Shown: piece by piece, positions 24,970-39,539 of the stretch | How positions within the stretch are numbered: the stretch's first letter is position 1 | Layout: every line of letters begins with the position of its first letter | Origin: Octopus vulgaris | Lineage: Eukaryota | Length of the DNA: 64,000 bases | NCBI GenBank assembly: GCA_951406725.2 | Contig: OX597820.1 | Coordinates: 75,268,001 to 75,332,000 of the forward strand | Reading direction: 5' to 3' | Made by a program: the position numbers and the translations under genes | The notes under the pieces: model-generated | Databases searched by the model: none | Told to the model about the DNA's origin: nothing | Seen by the model: the letters and a program-made list of their open reading frames with translations, nothing else

Positions 24970-26712
24970 CTTGGGATTTCTAAGATGTAATTCGGCTGGA
25001 GATTGGCCTGGACAATGTCTACTGAATCGCACCACCTGATAGCCACCATTAAGTCATTTTCAAACCAAGCTTCGTGTTATCGTGGCCCATTCATACAGGG
25101 AGTTGTTGTTGAATAAAAAATATAGAGATATGAGTGGCTTATCTAGTACTCCTTGAAGAAATTTGCCCTGATTTCGTTTGAAGGTGATGGGATTTTTTTC
25201 CTTCTTTGATTTGTTTTGCAATATTGTTAAATTGAGCAGGGCCTGTAGAGGAAAAGGAATTGAATTTATGTGTATAAATTGTGTAGATGAAGTATGACAC
25301 GTAACCCCATCGTTGGATCACTTCTGAATATGATATTTAGATCGTTTGGGCAATACTCGTGCTACATATTTTCCATATTGTGCAATTGATGTAATGCTCA
25401 TGGCGGAGTGCTACATCATTTTAATGCTTTAAGTTTTAATGCTTTAAGCCGGTTTCAATAATCAAGATCAGTCATGCGTTTTATTCTTTTAGTGATTGCT
25501 CTCTGGGGTGACTCAACTTCGAAACATAAATCCCCAGATTAAATGATCTAATGCATTTAGTTGAGTCTGAATCCGTGAATAATTGATAACTACTTGTCAT
25601 GTATTGGTGTCATTTTATTTGAAGGGAAATATTCCATAAGGAGGCAATGTGAGAAATCGATAATTTTACAATATTTGGCTGTCGCTTGTGATTGTAAATA
25701 ACTGTTAAATTTGATTGTAATGAAGGATGATTTTGTCATTTCCAATGAAGTAAATATTCTTTAAGAAGAACAATAGTCTGCCAGAAGCAAGGAAAAGCAA
25801 GTTGACAAGGTTAGGCATTAAGTTAAGAACACAAAGTTTGGGGGTCAATTTGTAAATAGGTATAGGACATTCATAGCGAATAAGAATTCAAATTCTGGTG
25901 TTAATAAACGGGGCGTTTGTTTACCAATAGATTTGATTGCTGCTAAACTACAACTGTCCGATGTCTTAATGCCTAGAAAAAAATTTAAGAACAAAAAGAA
26001 AACTTAGAGTCATTAAGTATCGTGTGAAAGGTAATCTGGGGAGTTTTGTAAGGAAGTCTACAACGTGGTTCCATTATCCAATGTGATTGTTTGGCTTGCT
26101 AGAAATGGCACTAAATCTCCCTCAAAGTATTGCTAAACATCTAGAAAATACTGAATCATATATTGAAAAAATGCAGTGTAAGAAATATATATATACTTTG
26201 GGACTGCAGAAAAGGTGAAAGTTTCTGTTTTTTTACCATAAGTGTACTAGATCAGTGCTTACATGCAGTAGAACGACTACAGCAATAGCCTGTATATGTC
26301 TCAGATGAGCTAAGACATACACAGGGTGTTAACGGTTCAACACATCGTTATGAGACTTTCAGCTTCTAATGAGAGACTTTCTGCTTTTATTTACTTCGTT
26401 AAATATTGGAACATACGAGTTGCATATTTCATCAAGCGTGGCAGATAGAAACTAAGGCTGATCTTAAGAATATATGAAAAGTGTTCGAAGAAAAACAGAT
26501 GCTGTTTACTAGCAACCATTTAATCTTGTCCGAATTCTCTACAGCCTTCTCTAGAGCAAAAATAAAGTGTAAAAAAATAAATGAATGCTGAACCGACTTT
26601 CAATCATTTGTTAATATAATGACTTCGTATACATATCACTAAATTGATAATGGATACGAAACAAGATTATCTGCTATGTACACTTGCCTCATCTTCATTA
26701 ATTGTGTTACAG

Positions 26713-26820
26713 GAATCTGTTATGGAAGCAGTAAGCTCACTACAATGCTTCTTGCAGCCCGGCAGGACACGGCGTATTCATCCGCTTGATTTCAACGCGT
26801 ATAGCAAGAGGAGAAGATAA
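26713..26820 (+). CDS. Candidate exon of an unidentified host gene
   Basis: Acceptor ttaattgtgttacag|; phase-0 ESVMEAVSSLQCFLQPGRTRRIHPLDFNAYSKRRR*; GC-richer unique island; possible donor gtatgg at 26829. Confidence 0.2.
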   Translation, partial: ESVMEAVSSLQCFLQPGRTRRIHPLDFNAYSKRRR

Positions 26821-27084
26821 GTGGCAAAGTATGGTCGAAATAATGCGTGGGACCACAAAGGAAATAATATAATGGTTTTACCGAATAGGAAGAAATATCT
26901 GGATGCCTTAATGATTCATAGTTCCTTTTAAAACAGAAAAACTATTTAGATTTATATATTTTTCATATAAACAACTCTTTTGTAGAAAAAGACATTCCGT
27001 AAAATGTACAATCAGCTACAATAAAGTTACGAAAAGTAACATAAATATAAAGTTAATAATAATAATAATAATGATAACCTAATC

Positions 27085-27775
27085 ACTTGGGTGTAGAGTC
27101 TAATCTCAGGGTGTAGAATATAAAGCAAGACATGACTGCGTCCGCCAGTATTTACACTGGACAATATGTCGGCATTATAAAACGAAAACCGATGACAAAT
27201 GGTATAAACACCATCCTGAAGCTGTGACTGAGGGAGAAAATGTGTCGATTCTCTGGGACTTCATACATACCGACAAAACTATAAAAGCTAATAAACCGGA
27301 TATTATTATAAAAGATCAGGCAAAAAAGGTGTGTTTATTAATTGACATGGGTATTTCTTGCGACCAGAATATAGCGGCGAAAGAATTTGACAAGATCAGT
27401 AAATATAAAGACTTCCTAATAGACATTGAAAAAATGTGGCGACTACAGTAACAGTGATTGTAGGATCTCTAGGAATAATAATAAAAAAAGGTACTGACAC
27501 CTATTTGAAAATGATACCAGGCTTATCATCCATACAGGAAGTGCAAAAAGTCGTGTTAACTGGAACGACTCATGTACTGAGAAGGGCTTTATCGCTGGGA
27601 AGCAACATCCATTCATGAATTTATTTATTTATTGATTTTTTTCAAACATATATTTTACCTGTGAATTTACGTGTGTAATCTGGGAATGCATACAATGAGC
27701 TTCTCTGCCCTAGGTGTACGGAAAACACTCGGCGAGAAATGAAAGAAAATCTGAAGAAAGAAGGAAAAAAATAAT

Positions 27776-27780
<5 letters not shown>
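27085..27780 (+). mobile_element. R4/Dong-like non-LTR retrotransposon 3' fragment
   Basis: YKARHDCVRQYLHWTIC, ILWDF.IHTDKTIKANKPDIIIKD..CLLIDMGISCDQN..KEFDKISKYKD, VQKVVLTGTTHVLRRAL; flanked by (AAT)n on both sides. Confidence 0.9.
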
Positions 27781-28029
<249 letters not shown>

Positions 28030-28274
28030 AATAATAATCACCATCATCATCATCGTTACTACAGTAGCCACAACGTCTGAAACCTTGAGGCGGGAGCAAG
28101 TAGATTACATAGAACTGTGAAGATCGAACTGCACTCTTCAAAACTTGCACTAAGAGTAAGGACAAGTCAAAATTACTATCTGTTTTTATAGCAAGTTGAT
28201 GCAGGTAGTTTATCCCGTCCTCCTCCGACACTTAGTTCATGCAATTGAAAGAATCGCATTACTTATAGGAGGAA

Positions 28275-28327
<53 letters not shown>

Positions 28328-28330
<3 letters not shown>

Positions 28331-28481
28331 ACGGGTTTCTTTTAGTGTCCGTCTGCTAAATCTACTCACATAGCTTTGGCCGGCCCGAGGCTATATTAGA
28401 AGAGGCACTCCTAAGGTGTCAAGCAGTAGGACTGAACCTGGAACCATGTGGTTGGACAGTAAGCTTCTTACCACATATAGC
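28328..28481 (-). mobile_element. SINE family A, 5' half
   Basis: Head and B-box complement gactgaacctgg; ends at (TA)n. Confidence 0.85.
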
Positions 28482-29174
28482 TCTCACTTTCAATATGTTG
28501 CACTTGCTCTAGAGCGTGTGCGGTGAGATTACTGGAATGCTTAAACGACTTAGCGAGAAAATATGGTACCTACTGTCACACCTTTTCGCTTGTCAATGGC
28601 GGCCAGGATTTTTAATAGATAGTATCTTCTGCTCATGGATTAAATAAACAAATTCTCTCTATGTATAATAGTTGCTAAAACAGCAAGTAGTAGTAGTAGT
28701 AGTAGTAGTAGTTGTTGTTGTTGTTGTGGTGGTGGTGGTGGTGGTGGTGGTGAAAATATGATGTGATGGAGTTATACGTATAATAAACATTTGCTGTGAT
28801 CAAAGATCACGGTAATTTTTTTTTGTTTTTTTTGATATTTTGGTGATTTTCATTTGCTTCTTTCTCTTGTTAAATAACATTGCGTGAATATTCCACATCA
28901 TAAACGTGTACCAAAGTGAAGAACGTAATCATCGCCATCCTTATTATCATCATTATCATCATCATCATCAGCAGCAACAGCAGTGGCAGCGGCAGTGTCA
29001 ACAATGACAAAAAAAAGAAAAGATTAGCAACAAAGACCACTAGAACACCATCATAAACAACAAAATTATAATAGTTAAAAACAAAAACAATATCGTTGCT
29101 GCTGCTGCTGCTACTACTGCTACTGCTGCAGCTGCTACTCTGTGGCAAGATTGTGATGATGCTGATGCTGTTGG

Positions 29175-29215
<41 letters not shown>

Positions 29216-29490
29216 GTGATGATGACGACGATGATGATGATGATTACGATGATGATAATAACGATGAGGTAAAAATATCAATCAAGGTATATATTTTAAT
29301 TAAATATTTATCCTAATATAATTTAATTTTTCAAAAACCGAATGATTTTTCGATAAATGTGATTCTTTATATTTTTAAAAAAAGTTTTATATATTTCTTC
29401 ATTTATATATATTTATTTATGTATTTATATTGCTATACATTTTTTATATATTTAATGCGTATGTAACTTAGTTGGTTACATTTAAAGAAT

Positions 29491-29561
<71 letters not shown>

Positions 29562-30799
29562 GGAAAATTCTGGTGATGAAAGCAATAAATAAAATGTCCT
29601 ATAAAATATTATTGTCGCTGTTGATGCCGGATCTTTTTTCGTCACTTTAATTATTTATTTTTATTAATTTTCATTCATTCGTTTTATTTCCGTATTTTTG
29701 TTCATGCTATTGCATTTTTTGTTTGTTTTTTTTTTCCTTATTATTTTTATTTTTTTATTTTGGCAAAGTTAATTATTTTAAATTGTAAATATTTATGATG
29801 ATTGAAAACTATGTAGTTTTGCAGGAGCAGATCTGTTGTTTAATTTAATTAAAATCTAGCAGTTCTCGAGGCAATAAATTCGTGCCACCAAGCAACATAT
29901 AAAGCAACACGGTAAGAAAACGCAGAACAGTCATGGACATGTAAAGATTGCTGAAGAAAGAGCAGAGCATGGTTTCGTTTCGATGGTAGAACGTATAGAA
30001 ATGAATTTAAAACTACAGACAGCGAAATGGAATATTAGGAGAGAGAGAACACACGCTAGAACTATAACTAAATCGATAAAAAGTATAGAATTTATAAAGC
30101 AAAGAAACGAAGATCAATTAACAGAAAATTGTAATTTTGAAGCTAACAGATGATTCGTTAAAGTCCATTTGCACAAACTTAGAACAAATAAATTTTATAA
30201 AATTCTTAAAATCTTATCAGAAAGAGAAAAAAGTATTTGTAAGATTTCTCATGTGTGATTCGCGGCTTTTAATATCAATACTACAAGGGATGGACGGATA
30301 TTTAACACTCGTCTAGAAGCACACTAACAGCGTTTACTGATAATCATACGGATGATGGGGTAGTAGTAGGAGTAGTAGTAGTAGTATTAATTGTTGTTGT
30401 TGCTATTGTTGTTGTTGTTATAGTAGTGGTGATATTACAGGTGAGATTAGTAGTAACAGTAGTGGTAGTTATTGCAGTGATATTGCTGGTGTTGGTGCGG
30501 GTGGTAGTAGAAGTAGTAGTAGTAGTAGGAGGAGGAGGAGGAGGAGGAGGAGGAGGAGGAGGAGGAGGAGGTGGAGGAGGGGAGGCAGTGCTTATGGTCA
30601 AGGCAAAACTGCTTATTGAATTTCATGATGACGATAGTGATGATAACGATCAATATCATAATGACATTTGTGGTAGAAGCGGTTGTTGTCGGTGGAGATG
30701 ATGGTGGTGGTGGTGGTGGTGATGGTGGCTGAGTTGCGGGCGTGGTCGTTGGTGGTTGCGGTGACGTTATTGTGAGGACAATGGTAAGGACAACGAAGG

Positions 30800-30972
30800 A
30801 GATGATGATGATGATGTTTGTAGTCAGGATGGTGAGAATGAAGATGATGATGATGATGATGATGATGATGGTGGTGGTGATGATGATGATAATGATGATG
30901 ATGATGATGATAATGATGATGATGATGATGATGACGATGATGATGACGATGATGATGATGAAGATGATGATA

Positions 30973-31039
<67 letters not shown>

Positions 31040-31080
31040 CGATGATAATGATGATGCTGATGATGATGATGATGAGGATA

Positions 31081-31119
<39 letters not shown>

Positions 31120-31167
31120 GTGATGTTGAGGATGATGATGATGATAATGATGATGATGATAATGATA

Positions 31168-31205
<38 letters not shown>

Positions 31206-31228
31206 AGGAATGATGATGGTGATGGTGT
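30800..31228. repeat. Long interrupted (GAT)n microsatellite within a triplet-repeat-rich block starting near 30350
   Basis: Direct reading. Confidence 0.97.
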
Positions 31229-31462
31229 CGACAGAAAAATTTAATGATAATTATTTCATCAATATCCTCAGCATCCGTGCTGTGTATATATCGAATCCAG
31301 CTAATTAATCATCGCAATTGAAATTACTCACGAAACAACTTGTTGTACTTGAAGCGGGAGGAAAGCAAATATTTTTACATTCATGCAAATGTCTAACTTG
31401 ATTTACTCAGGATTTTCCGTACCCGAGCGCAAGCGCTTGCCTCCCTGTATGTACACGTTATG

Positions 31463-31526
<64 letters not shown>

Positions 31527-31531
31527 TACTC

Positions 31532-31789
31532 AAGAATGGTTGTATGGTAATGTAAAATTCCCTTCGCAGCCATGTAGATTCGGTTTCCGTCCCAGAGCGC
31601 GATACAATGAATGAGGAACCTGTGTTATAACTCCTATCCGACCAACGCCATATGAGCGATTTTTGGTAAAGGAAAACCGCGCGGAAGCCCGACATATATG
31701 TGTTCGTGTGTGTGTGCGTTTGTGTGTGTATGTGTGTGATTTCTGTGCTTGTGTGTGCTTGTGTGTATTTGAGTGTGTGTGTGTGTGTG

Positions 31790-31855
<66 letters not shown>

Positions 31856-32070
31856 CGTAAGTGTGTATGAGTGCGATTATCTTTGTATTTGCACAATACC
31901 GTTTGAAGACTGGTGCCATTCAATTCACTCCCTTATAACTTAGCAGCTCGGCAAAATACATCCTACAGAGTACTACCAGATTTGAAAAGATTAACTAAAA
32001 AATAAACAACTACTGACTCTTCAGTGTGGAATCCCTGCCAAGGCTGTCATGAAATGAACAAAACAAAAAT
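31532..32070 (+). mobile_element. Highly degenerate SINE family A with an expanded internal (GT)n
   Basis: ccgaccaacgcc..gagcgatttttggta..ggaaa and taacttagcagctcggcaaaa blocks. Confidence 0.6.
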
Positions 32071-32567
32071 ATAAAAACACGTTATTATGGCAGTAAAAAC
32101 AGCATTCTATGTTTTTCGGATAAGAATTCACCAACGACTGACAATTACTGTCCCCATGAGTAGGTCGATAAAATTGTGTTTGCTCTTGATACTTCAGTCA
32201 CTGGTTATTTACGATAAAAACAGACAAGAAAAACATCCCGTCTTTCAAATGTTTTGTATTTACGTTTTCCGTTTAACCAATCGGTATACACAAATTCCCA
32301 ACAATTTTGTCGATGAAACTTTCGTTCTGCCAACGCTTATCATATGTATTATTATTGTTGTTGTTGTTGTTGTTGTTATTGTTTTTATTTTTGTTATTAT
32401 TATTATCCTCGTTATTCTCATTATTATTGTTATTATTATTAACATTATTATAATTACTAATGTTATTATTATTAATATTATTATAATTACTATTATTATT
32501 ATTATTGCCTTCAAGACATTGCTGTCGAAAATTGCAAATAAGCTGTCGAAGAAGTGAAAAATATATT

Positions 32568-32685
32568 TTCTTCTTCTTCTTCTTCTTCTTCTTCTTCTTC
32601 TTCTTCTTCTTCTTCTTCTTCTTCTTCTTCTTCTTCTTCTTCTTCTTCTTCTTCTTCTTCTTCTTCTTCTTCTTCTTCTTCTTCT
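32568..32685. repeat. (TTC)n microsatellite
   Basis: Direct reading. Confidence 0.97.
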
Positions 32686-32696
32686 CCTTATTAGCT

Positions 32697-33540
32697 CACT
32701 CCCAGTGCAGAACACTTTAGGTAAGTGTCTTCTATAGCTCAGGACCGAACTACACCATGCAAGTGAATTTGGGAGGCAGAAGCTTTGTGGAAGCCTGTCT
32801 TATATAGATTTATGTGTGTGTGTGTGTGTGTGTGTATGTATAATTTTGTGTGTATGTGAGAGTGCCTGTGTTTCTATCTGCTTCAGTGTGTGCGTGTGTT
32901 CCTTTTTAGTCCCCACCTGGTGACTGGTGTTGGTTAGTTTACATCACCGTAACGTAGTGATTCGACAAAATGCGACAATACAGTATGTACCAGATTTACA
33001 CAAACAAAAGTATTGGGAACACTGTGTAGTTCCCCAACATGGCTGAAGCCCAATGACTGGCTCATATAAAGATAAGAATTAAAAGATTTACGCATATCAA
33101 TAGTATTGTTCGTTTTACGATTTGTTGCATTCAACAATTTACACAGAGGAACCAAAATAATTTAACGCAAAAAAAAAAAAGAAGGTAAGCAACGATCGAA
33201 CTAAAGGGAGTTTTCCAATGAAGAAAATGCCATGTGTTTATAGCTAAGATTTGCACAACGCCGGACCTTCAGCTGCTGTGTTTACACTCCCGTAACTTAG
33301 CGGTTCAATAAGAGTGACCTCCGATAGAATAAGTACTGGTCTTACAAAGAATAAAACCTGGTGTCGATCGGTTCGAATAAAATAGCTTTAAAACGATTAA
33401 TGTATATGAAAAGCGGAGAAATCGACCACAGCACTTATCTTTGTAAGCGTAGGATTTATTCTATCGGGGTCTTTTGCCGAACCGCTACGGGGATATAAAC
33501 ACAACAACACCGGTTGTCAAGCGGAGACAAGCACGCATAT

Positions 33541-33571
<31 letters not shown>

Positions 33572-33722
33572 CGACTGGTTTCTTTCAGTTTCTATCTACC
33601 GAATTCACTCACAAGCCTCTGGCTGGTCCGAGGCTATAGTAGAAGACACATGTCCATCATGCAGTGGGGTTGAACCCGGAACCATGTGGTTGGGAGGTAA
33701 GCTCCTTACCACACAGCTACAA
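32697..33722. mobile_element. Cluster of SINE family A copies: + 32697-33075, + partial 33275-33390, - 33415-33722
   Basis: Shared blocks gtgtcttctatagc, cccgtaacttag, ccgatagaataagtact and their complements. Confidence 0.8.
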
Positions 33723-33769
33723 CTGTAAATATATATATGTATATATATATATTTATTTTTTTAAAATTT

Positions 33770-36610
33770 TATTTTATCTAGTTTCAGCTCACGAGCTGTG
33801 GCCATGCTGGGCACAGCCATGTGGTGTTACTACATGATTTTACTTTACGAATGCTCTTTAGCAATTGCCATTTGGTGCATGAGAGAGTTCGATGTAGCTG
33901 CCCTCATCTGCACCTCCTGCAGTGAAGTTGGTTCATCTGGGACACCTGAGAGGAAAAGATCCAGTTTTATTTTAAAGACATCTGCATCCACCCCATGCAG
34001 GTCTCTCAGGTCCTTCAGGAGGATATTGAAGATCTATGGGCATCGGAAGCCCAGGCTATCACAGTATCTTGTCCTACATCTTGATGGCAAATTTGGAGTC
34101 CTTGGCACTAGGCAGTGGCGCCCAGTTCTAGCATTTGTGTAACTCTCGATTCCAAAGTTTGGGACAAGACTTTCTAGGATCTTCCAGATGTATATTATGG
34201 CATATCTTTCTCGCCTACGCTCAAATGAATAGTCTTAGTCTCTTGAGTCTTTCCCAGTAGCTTATATTTTGCACAGAGGCTATCTTCTTCGTGTAGCTTC
34301 GTTGGATCGCCTCAAGTTCTGTGATTAACTTGACACTGGATGGTGACTATAGCTGAGAGCAATAGTCAAAGTGGCTTAGGACAAGTGTCCTCCAGAGGAC
34401 CATCATGATTTCTGGTCTCTTGTTTTAAAGGTTCTAAGAATCTATCCGGTCAGCCGTCTACATTTCATTGCCAATTTAGCAACATGCACATGAAAGGTTA
34501 CATCATTACTCATGTAAATACCCAGGTCTCGCACTGATTGTGCCTCTGGGATTGCAATCCCTCCAGATCCAGTGTATTTATTGGGTATTGCATTTAGTTT
34601 TGCATGCTGATAGCATAAAGCTTGAAACTTTTCAGCATTGAACTGCATGCTATTCTTTTCAGCCCACTTGTATATTTTGTCCAGCTCACATTGCAGGTGC
34701 ATAGTGTATTCAGGGTTCTGTATTGCCTGTAAAACTTTTGTATCCTCTGCATAACTTGTGATCATGGCTCTCTGCGTAGCTGAGGGCATGTCTGAACAGT
34801 AGTGGTCCCAAAACAGTGCCTTGCGGAACACTGCTCACTAATTGCGTGTTAATGGAAATGGCCCCATTGGCTATTACCACCTGGATTCTATCCTTCAGAA
34901 AGTTATGAAGCCATTCTCCCAATTTTCCAACTATGCCAAGATCACGCAGTTTGTGACATATCATTCTACGATGGACTTTATCAAAGGCCTTTTGAAAAGT
35001 CGAGATATTTGACTTCCACATTTGAGTGGTTGAGCAGTCGTTTCAGCACCCAGTCATAGTGTTGTAGCAGCTGAGTTAGGCAGCTTCTTCCTGGTCGGAA
35101 ACTATGTTGGGTGTCAAACAGCAAGTCATTTTCTTCAAGGAAGGTGATTAGTTTCCTTCTAACTATTCGTTCCATGACCTTGCTGATGTGTGAGGTCAGA
35201 GAGATAGGTCTGTAGTTCTTGGCCTCCGCTCTGCTACCTCCTTTATGAATAGGGCATATTTTACCTTCCTTCAGTTTTCTTGGAAGTTTGCCAGTTGCAA
35301 GGAAGCTCTGAAAGAGGAACTGCAGTGGTCTTGCTGGGACTCTCTTACATACTTTTAGAAGGATTTCTGGGAATCCATCGGGGCCAGTAGCTGAGTTTGT
35401 TTTCGTTTCATCTATAGCCTTTATTACATCACCTTCCTTTATATTGATGTAATCAATCATCGCTGCCTCTGATTTTATATTTGCAGTGGTAAAGGAGTTA
35501 GTTGGATTGCTGACTTGAAAATGCCCTAGGGGTGGAGTGAAAATACTCTTGAATTGCTCATTTAGTATTTCAGTTATCCCCATTGGATTTCCTGTGAGTG
35601 TGCCATCCTTTTCAAGGAGTGGCCCCATCCTACAGTGCAACGTAGCTGTTTCTTTGGCATACCTGTAGAAAGCTCTGGGGTTAGATTTTATGTTGTCTAT
35701 AGCCCAGGCTTCTTTGTCTGCTCTTTCTTTTTCAATTTCCAACAGTTTTATTTTCCGGCGGACTTTTCACTGCTTGCAATTTATTTGTTTAGGCGATTTG
35801 AAACTTTTGTACGCCGTCTCATTAGAATTTTCCTCTCTCTGGGGATTTTGTTCTTGTGTACAGTGGCCTTTATCTCTGAGACACATTTGTAGCATATGGC
35901 TTGCATTACAGATATGAATTGTTGAAGTTTCATGTCGATGTATGGCGAGGAGAGACATTCAGGCCAGTTTTGTTTGAGGATCTCTTTCTCAATTTGTTTC
36001 CAGTTTGCCTTATGGAAGTTCAAGCTGGAAAGATTCTGAGAGTTTCTTGTAGACTGCATGTCCATGCTTTCCTTTGGCCCGTACATGGTCAACTCTACCA
36101 TGTTGTGATCCGAGAGTAGTGTCGGTGTCACTTTCACATTATGGTTGAGATCCATATTATTTGTGAAGCAGAGATCCAGTATGTTACCTGCCTTGGTTGG
36201 TTGGAGTATTATTTGCTCCATGTACAGAGTGTTGATGAGGTTCAGGAGGGACCTCGCCTGTCCTCGTTCGCATCGTGTCATTCTCGAGAGAGAAAGGCCT
36301 TCGGGCCATCTGACATTGGACAGATTGAAGTCTCCCATAAGAAGTACACTTATGTGTTGTTCTAGTGTGACTAGAACTTCTTCTATTTTCATAAGGCAGT
36401 CTTCAAACTTGCCTACATGGCTTGGAGAATCTGGAGGGCGATATGTAGCACATATAACTACACCAAGTTGCCTCATATGTACAATTAGTGTGTCACACAC
36501 CGAATTTGAGAATGACAAAAAGACATGGGGTGTGAGGTCCTCGTGGATGCACATAGCAACTCCTCCATGACTCATTTCTTTTCTGTCGGTCCGTAGTAAA
36601 ACATACAGTG
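33770..36610 (-). mobile_element. 5'-truncated CR1-group LINE with near-complete frameshifted ORF2 (APE endonuclease + RT) and 3' tail
   Basis: EN: GGVAM, YRPP, MGDFN, NILDLCFTN, SDHN; RT: GPDGFP, NYRPISLTSHISKVME, QHSFRPGRSCLTQL, LDF.KAFDKV, VPQGTVLGPLLF, YAEDTK, VRDLGI. Confidence 0.95.
34442..36610 (-). pseudogene. LINE ORF2 (endonuclease/reverse transcriptase) split over four frames
   Basis: ORF-track pieces 35781-36689, 34981-35742, 34710-35021 and 34442-34831; catalytic YADD reads YAED. Confidence 0.9.
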
Positions 36611-36756
36611 GTATATATATATATATATAACAATAATTATTGTTATAATTATATAAGTTTTTACCGAATATGGACCTTTTCCATACCAAAATACTACTAG
36701 GTGAAAGTTGTTGATTTTATTAAATTAATTATCTTTCACCCTATATCTGTATATGA

Positions 36757-36822
<66 letters not shown>

Positions 36823-36858
36823 ATATATATATATATATATGTATTTGTATATAATATA

Positions 36859-36913
<55 letters not shown>

Positions 36914-37142
36914 ATGTGTGTATATGTATATATGTATATATATATATATGTGTGTGTGTGTGTATAATTGATAAACAATTTTAATAGAGGTTACACGGCG
37001 TACCAGCTTGCTAGAAATAAAAGTTTAAATACTCACAAAGCCACGAAATCTTGATTTGCCCTATAACGGCATCATTGCTTCATGGCCACTAATACTATTG
37101 TTGTTATTAAAAATTATATATATATATCTATATATTTACTGC

Positions 37143-37186
<44 letters not shown>

Positions 37187-37222
37187 TGTATATGACTATT
37201 CATTCGAATATTTACTCATTTA

Positions 37223-37306
<84 letters not shown>

Positions 37307-38497
37307 CATACACACACACACACAAACATACACGCACACATACACACGTATATAGATATATATACATACAGACAGACATAAATAAGAATGCATATTAATA
37401 TATATATATATATATATGTTAGTAGTTGAGGTTATACTTTATTAAACATGATGGACAAGATGTCTACTATATTTGAGCGGTGACTGTAAACAACAGAAAG
37501 CAATCAAACAGATTTCTCACGTTTCCACATATAACATATTTACGAAAACCATCAACAACACCACCGGCCTCTCTATCCCCCACCGCGACAACCAACCCAA
37601 ATAAAACCACCACCGACATTCATATTGTTCTATTGAAACGCATCTATCCAGCAAAGAGAAAAAAAAACAAGAAGAAAATACAGAAATATATATATATGTC
37701 GTAGACTTTTAAAATCGAAATATGTTGATGTAAACAACAGCTCCATTTCAATCAGTAACAACACCAACATCTTCACCAATACAAGAAGCGATGGCAATAT
37801 CAAAACCAACAGCTACATCTCTAATATAACATCGAAATGGAGAATCCTAAATTTATCTTATTCCATCTCCAAATTGATTTTATTTGTTTATTATTTTGTG
37901 CTACTATCGCAAATTATGAAGAATTTGACAGAAATATCTGTTTGCCGAAATATCTCTCTTTAATTACTCGTAGATTCTAAAATAAATCTCGTGTTTATAT
38001 TCTCCGCACGTTCATCTTTTGAATAGCAAGATTTCCTCTAGCATCGTAAACCGCTGATATGACAGATTTTTTTTTCTTTCATTCTCTTTTTGAATTTGTG
38101 TTTCTTTGCTTTGAAAAAGGTAACAATTTTTTTATTTATTTAGTAGTTACTAATATATAAAAAAGAAAAGATAAAATTGTTACGCGATTATTTCCACAGT
38201 ATATACATAAACGCAAATAAACAAGTGTAAACACACATACATATATTTATATATATTTGTGTGCGCGTGCACAAAAACACACACACATTCACACAAAACC
38301 ATACAAACACACGCACATAAGTCTATATATGAATGTGTGCCTTTTCCGTATGCATTCACATATTAAGTTCTATATATATATATATATATATATATTAATT
38401 AGTGCATACATATATACTTGTGAGTGTGTGTGTGACTATGTTTGTGTATGTATATATATCTACCTAAATATATATATATCTCTCTCTCACTCTCTCC

Positions 38498-38539
<42 letters not shown>

Positions 38540-38587
38540 ATGCATATATATACATGCATGTATATATATTTATATGCATATAAATAT

Positions 38588-38646
<59 letters not shown>

Positions 38647-38882
38647 CGTATACATGAGACCCATTAACATAGATAGACGGACAGACAGGTGGTTACATAC
38701 ATAAATTCATTTAGGCACCCAATTATGCACGATGGCACATATATTTGTATGAATTACATATATAAATATATACATACATGCATATACACACGCACACACA
38801 CACATATATATATGTATTTATATATATATAAATATATATATATTTATACATATATGCATATATATATATATATATACATATA

Positions 38883-38937
<55 letters not shown>

Positions 38938-38941
<4 letters not shown>

Positions 38942-39075
38942 GGAGGTCTCTATATTATAACCTATATTATTACAAATTATGTATATCAATATATTCTTTT
39001 ATATACGGAACATATTCGTAAATGACATATTTTGATCATCTCCCTAATTGCATGTAGGTCAATATATATAAATGT

Positions 39076-39126
<51 letters not shown>

Positions 39127-39170
39127 GTGAAACAGATAGATAGATGGATTGATAGTTAAACACTTAGATA

Positions 39171-39220
<50 letters not shown>

Positions 39221-39321
39221 GATACATATGTATACATATATGTGTGTGTGAACATGTGTATGTGTATATTATAAACATACACACAAACATATACTAATAT
39301 ATGCACATGTATATACATATA

Positions 39322-39352
<31 letters not shown>

Positions 39353-39506
39353 GTGTGTACACGTTTGTGTTTCCTTCCTTGAACGTCTGCTAATACTTTG
39401 CATGTACCACGTCCTCGCGTTGTTTCTTTTCTTGTGTTTGTTCTCCGTTTTTTAAAGATTTACTATATATATATATATATACAACATACACACGCACACA
39501 CTGGAA

Positions 39507-39539
<33 letters not shown>

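Noticed and set aside
36611-36689. Apparent N-terminus/start codon of the LINE endonuclease ORF
   Set aside because: Read-through from flanking AT-rich and (TA)n DNA; the element is 5'-truncated
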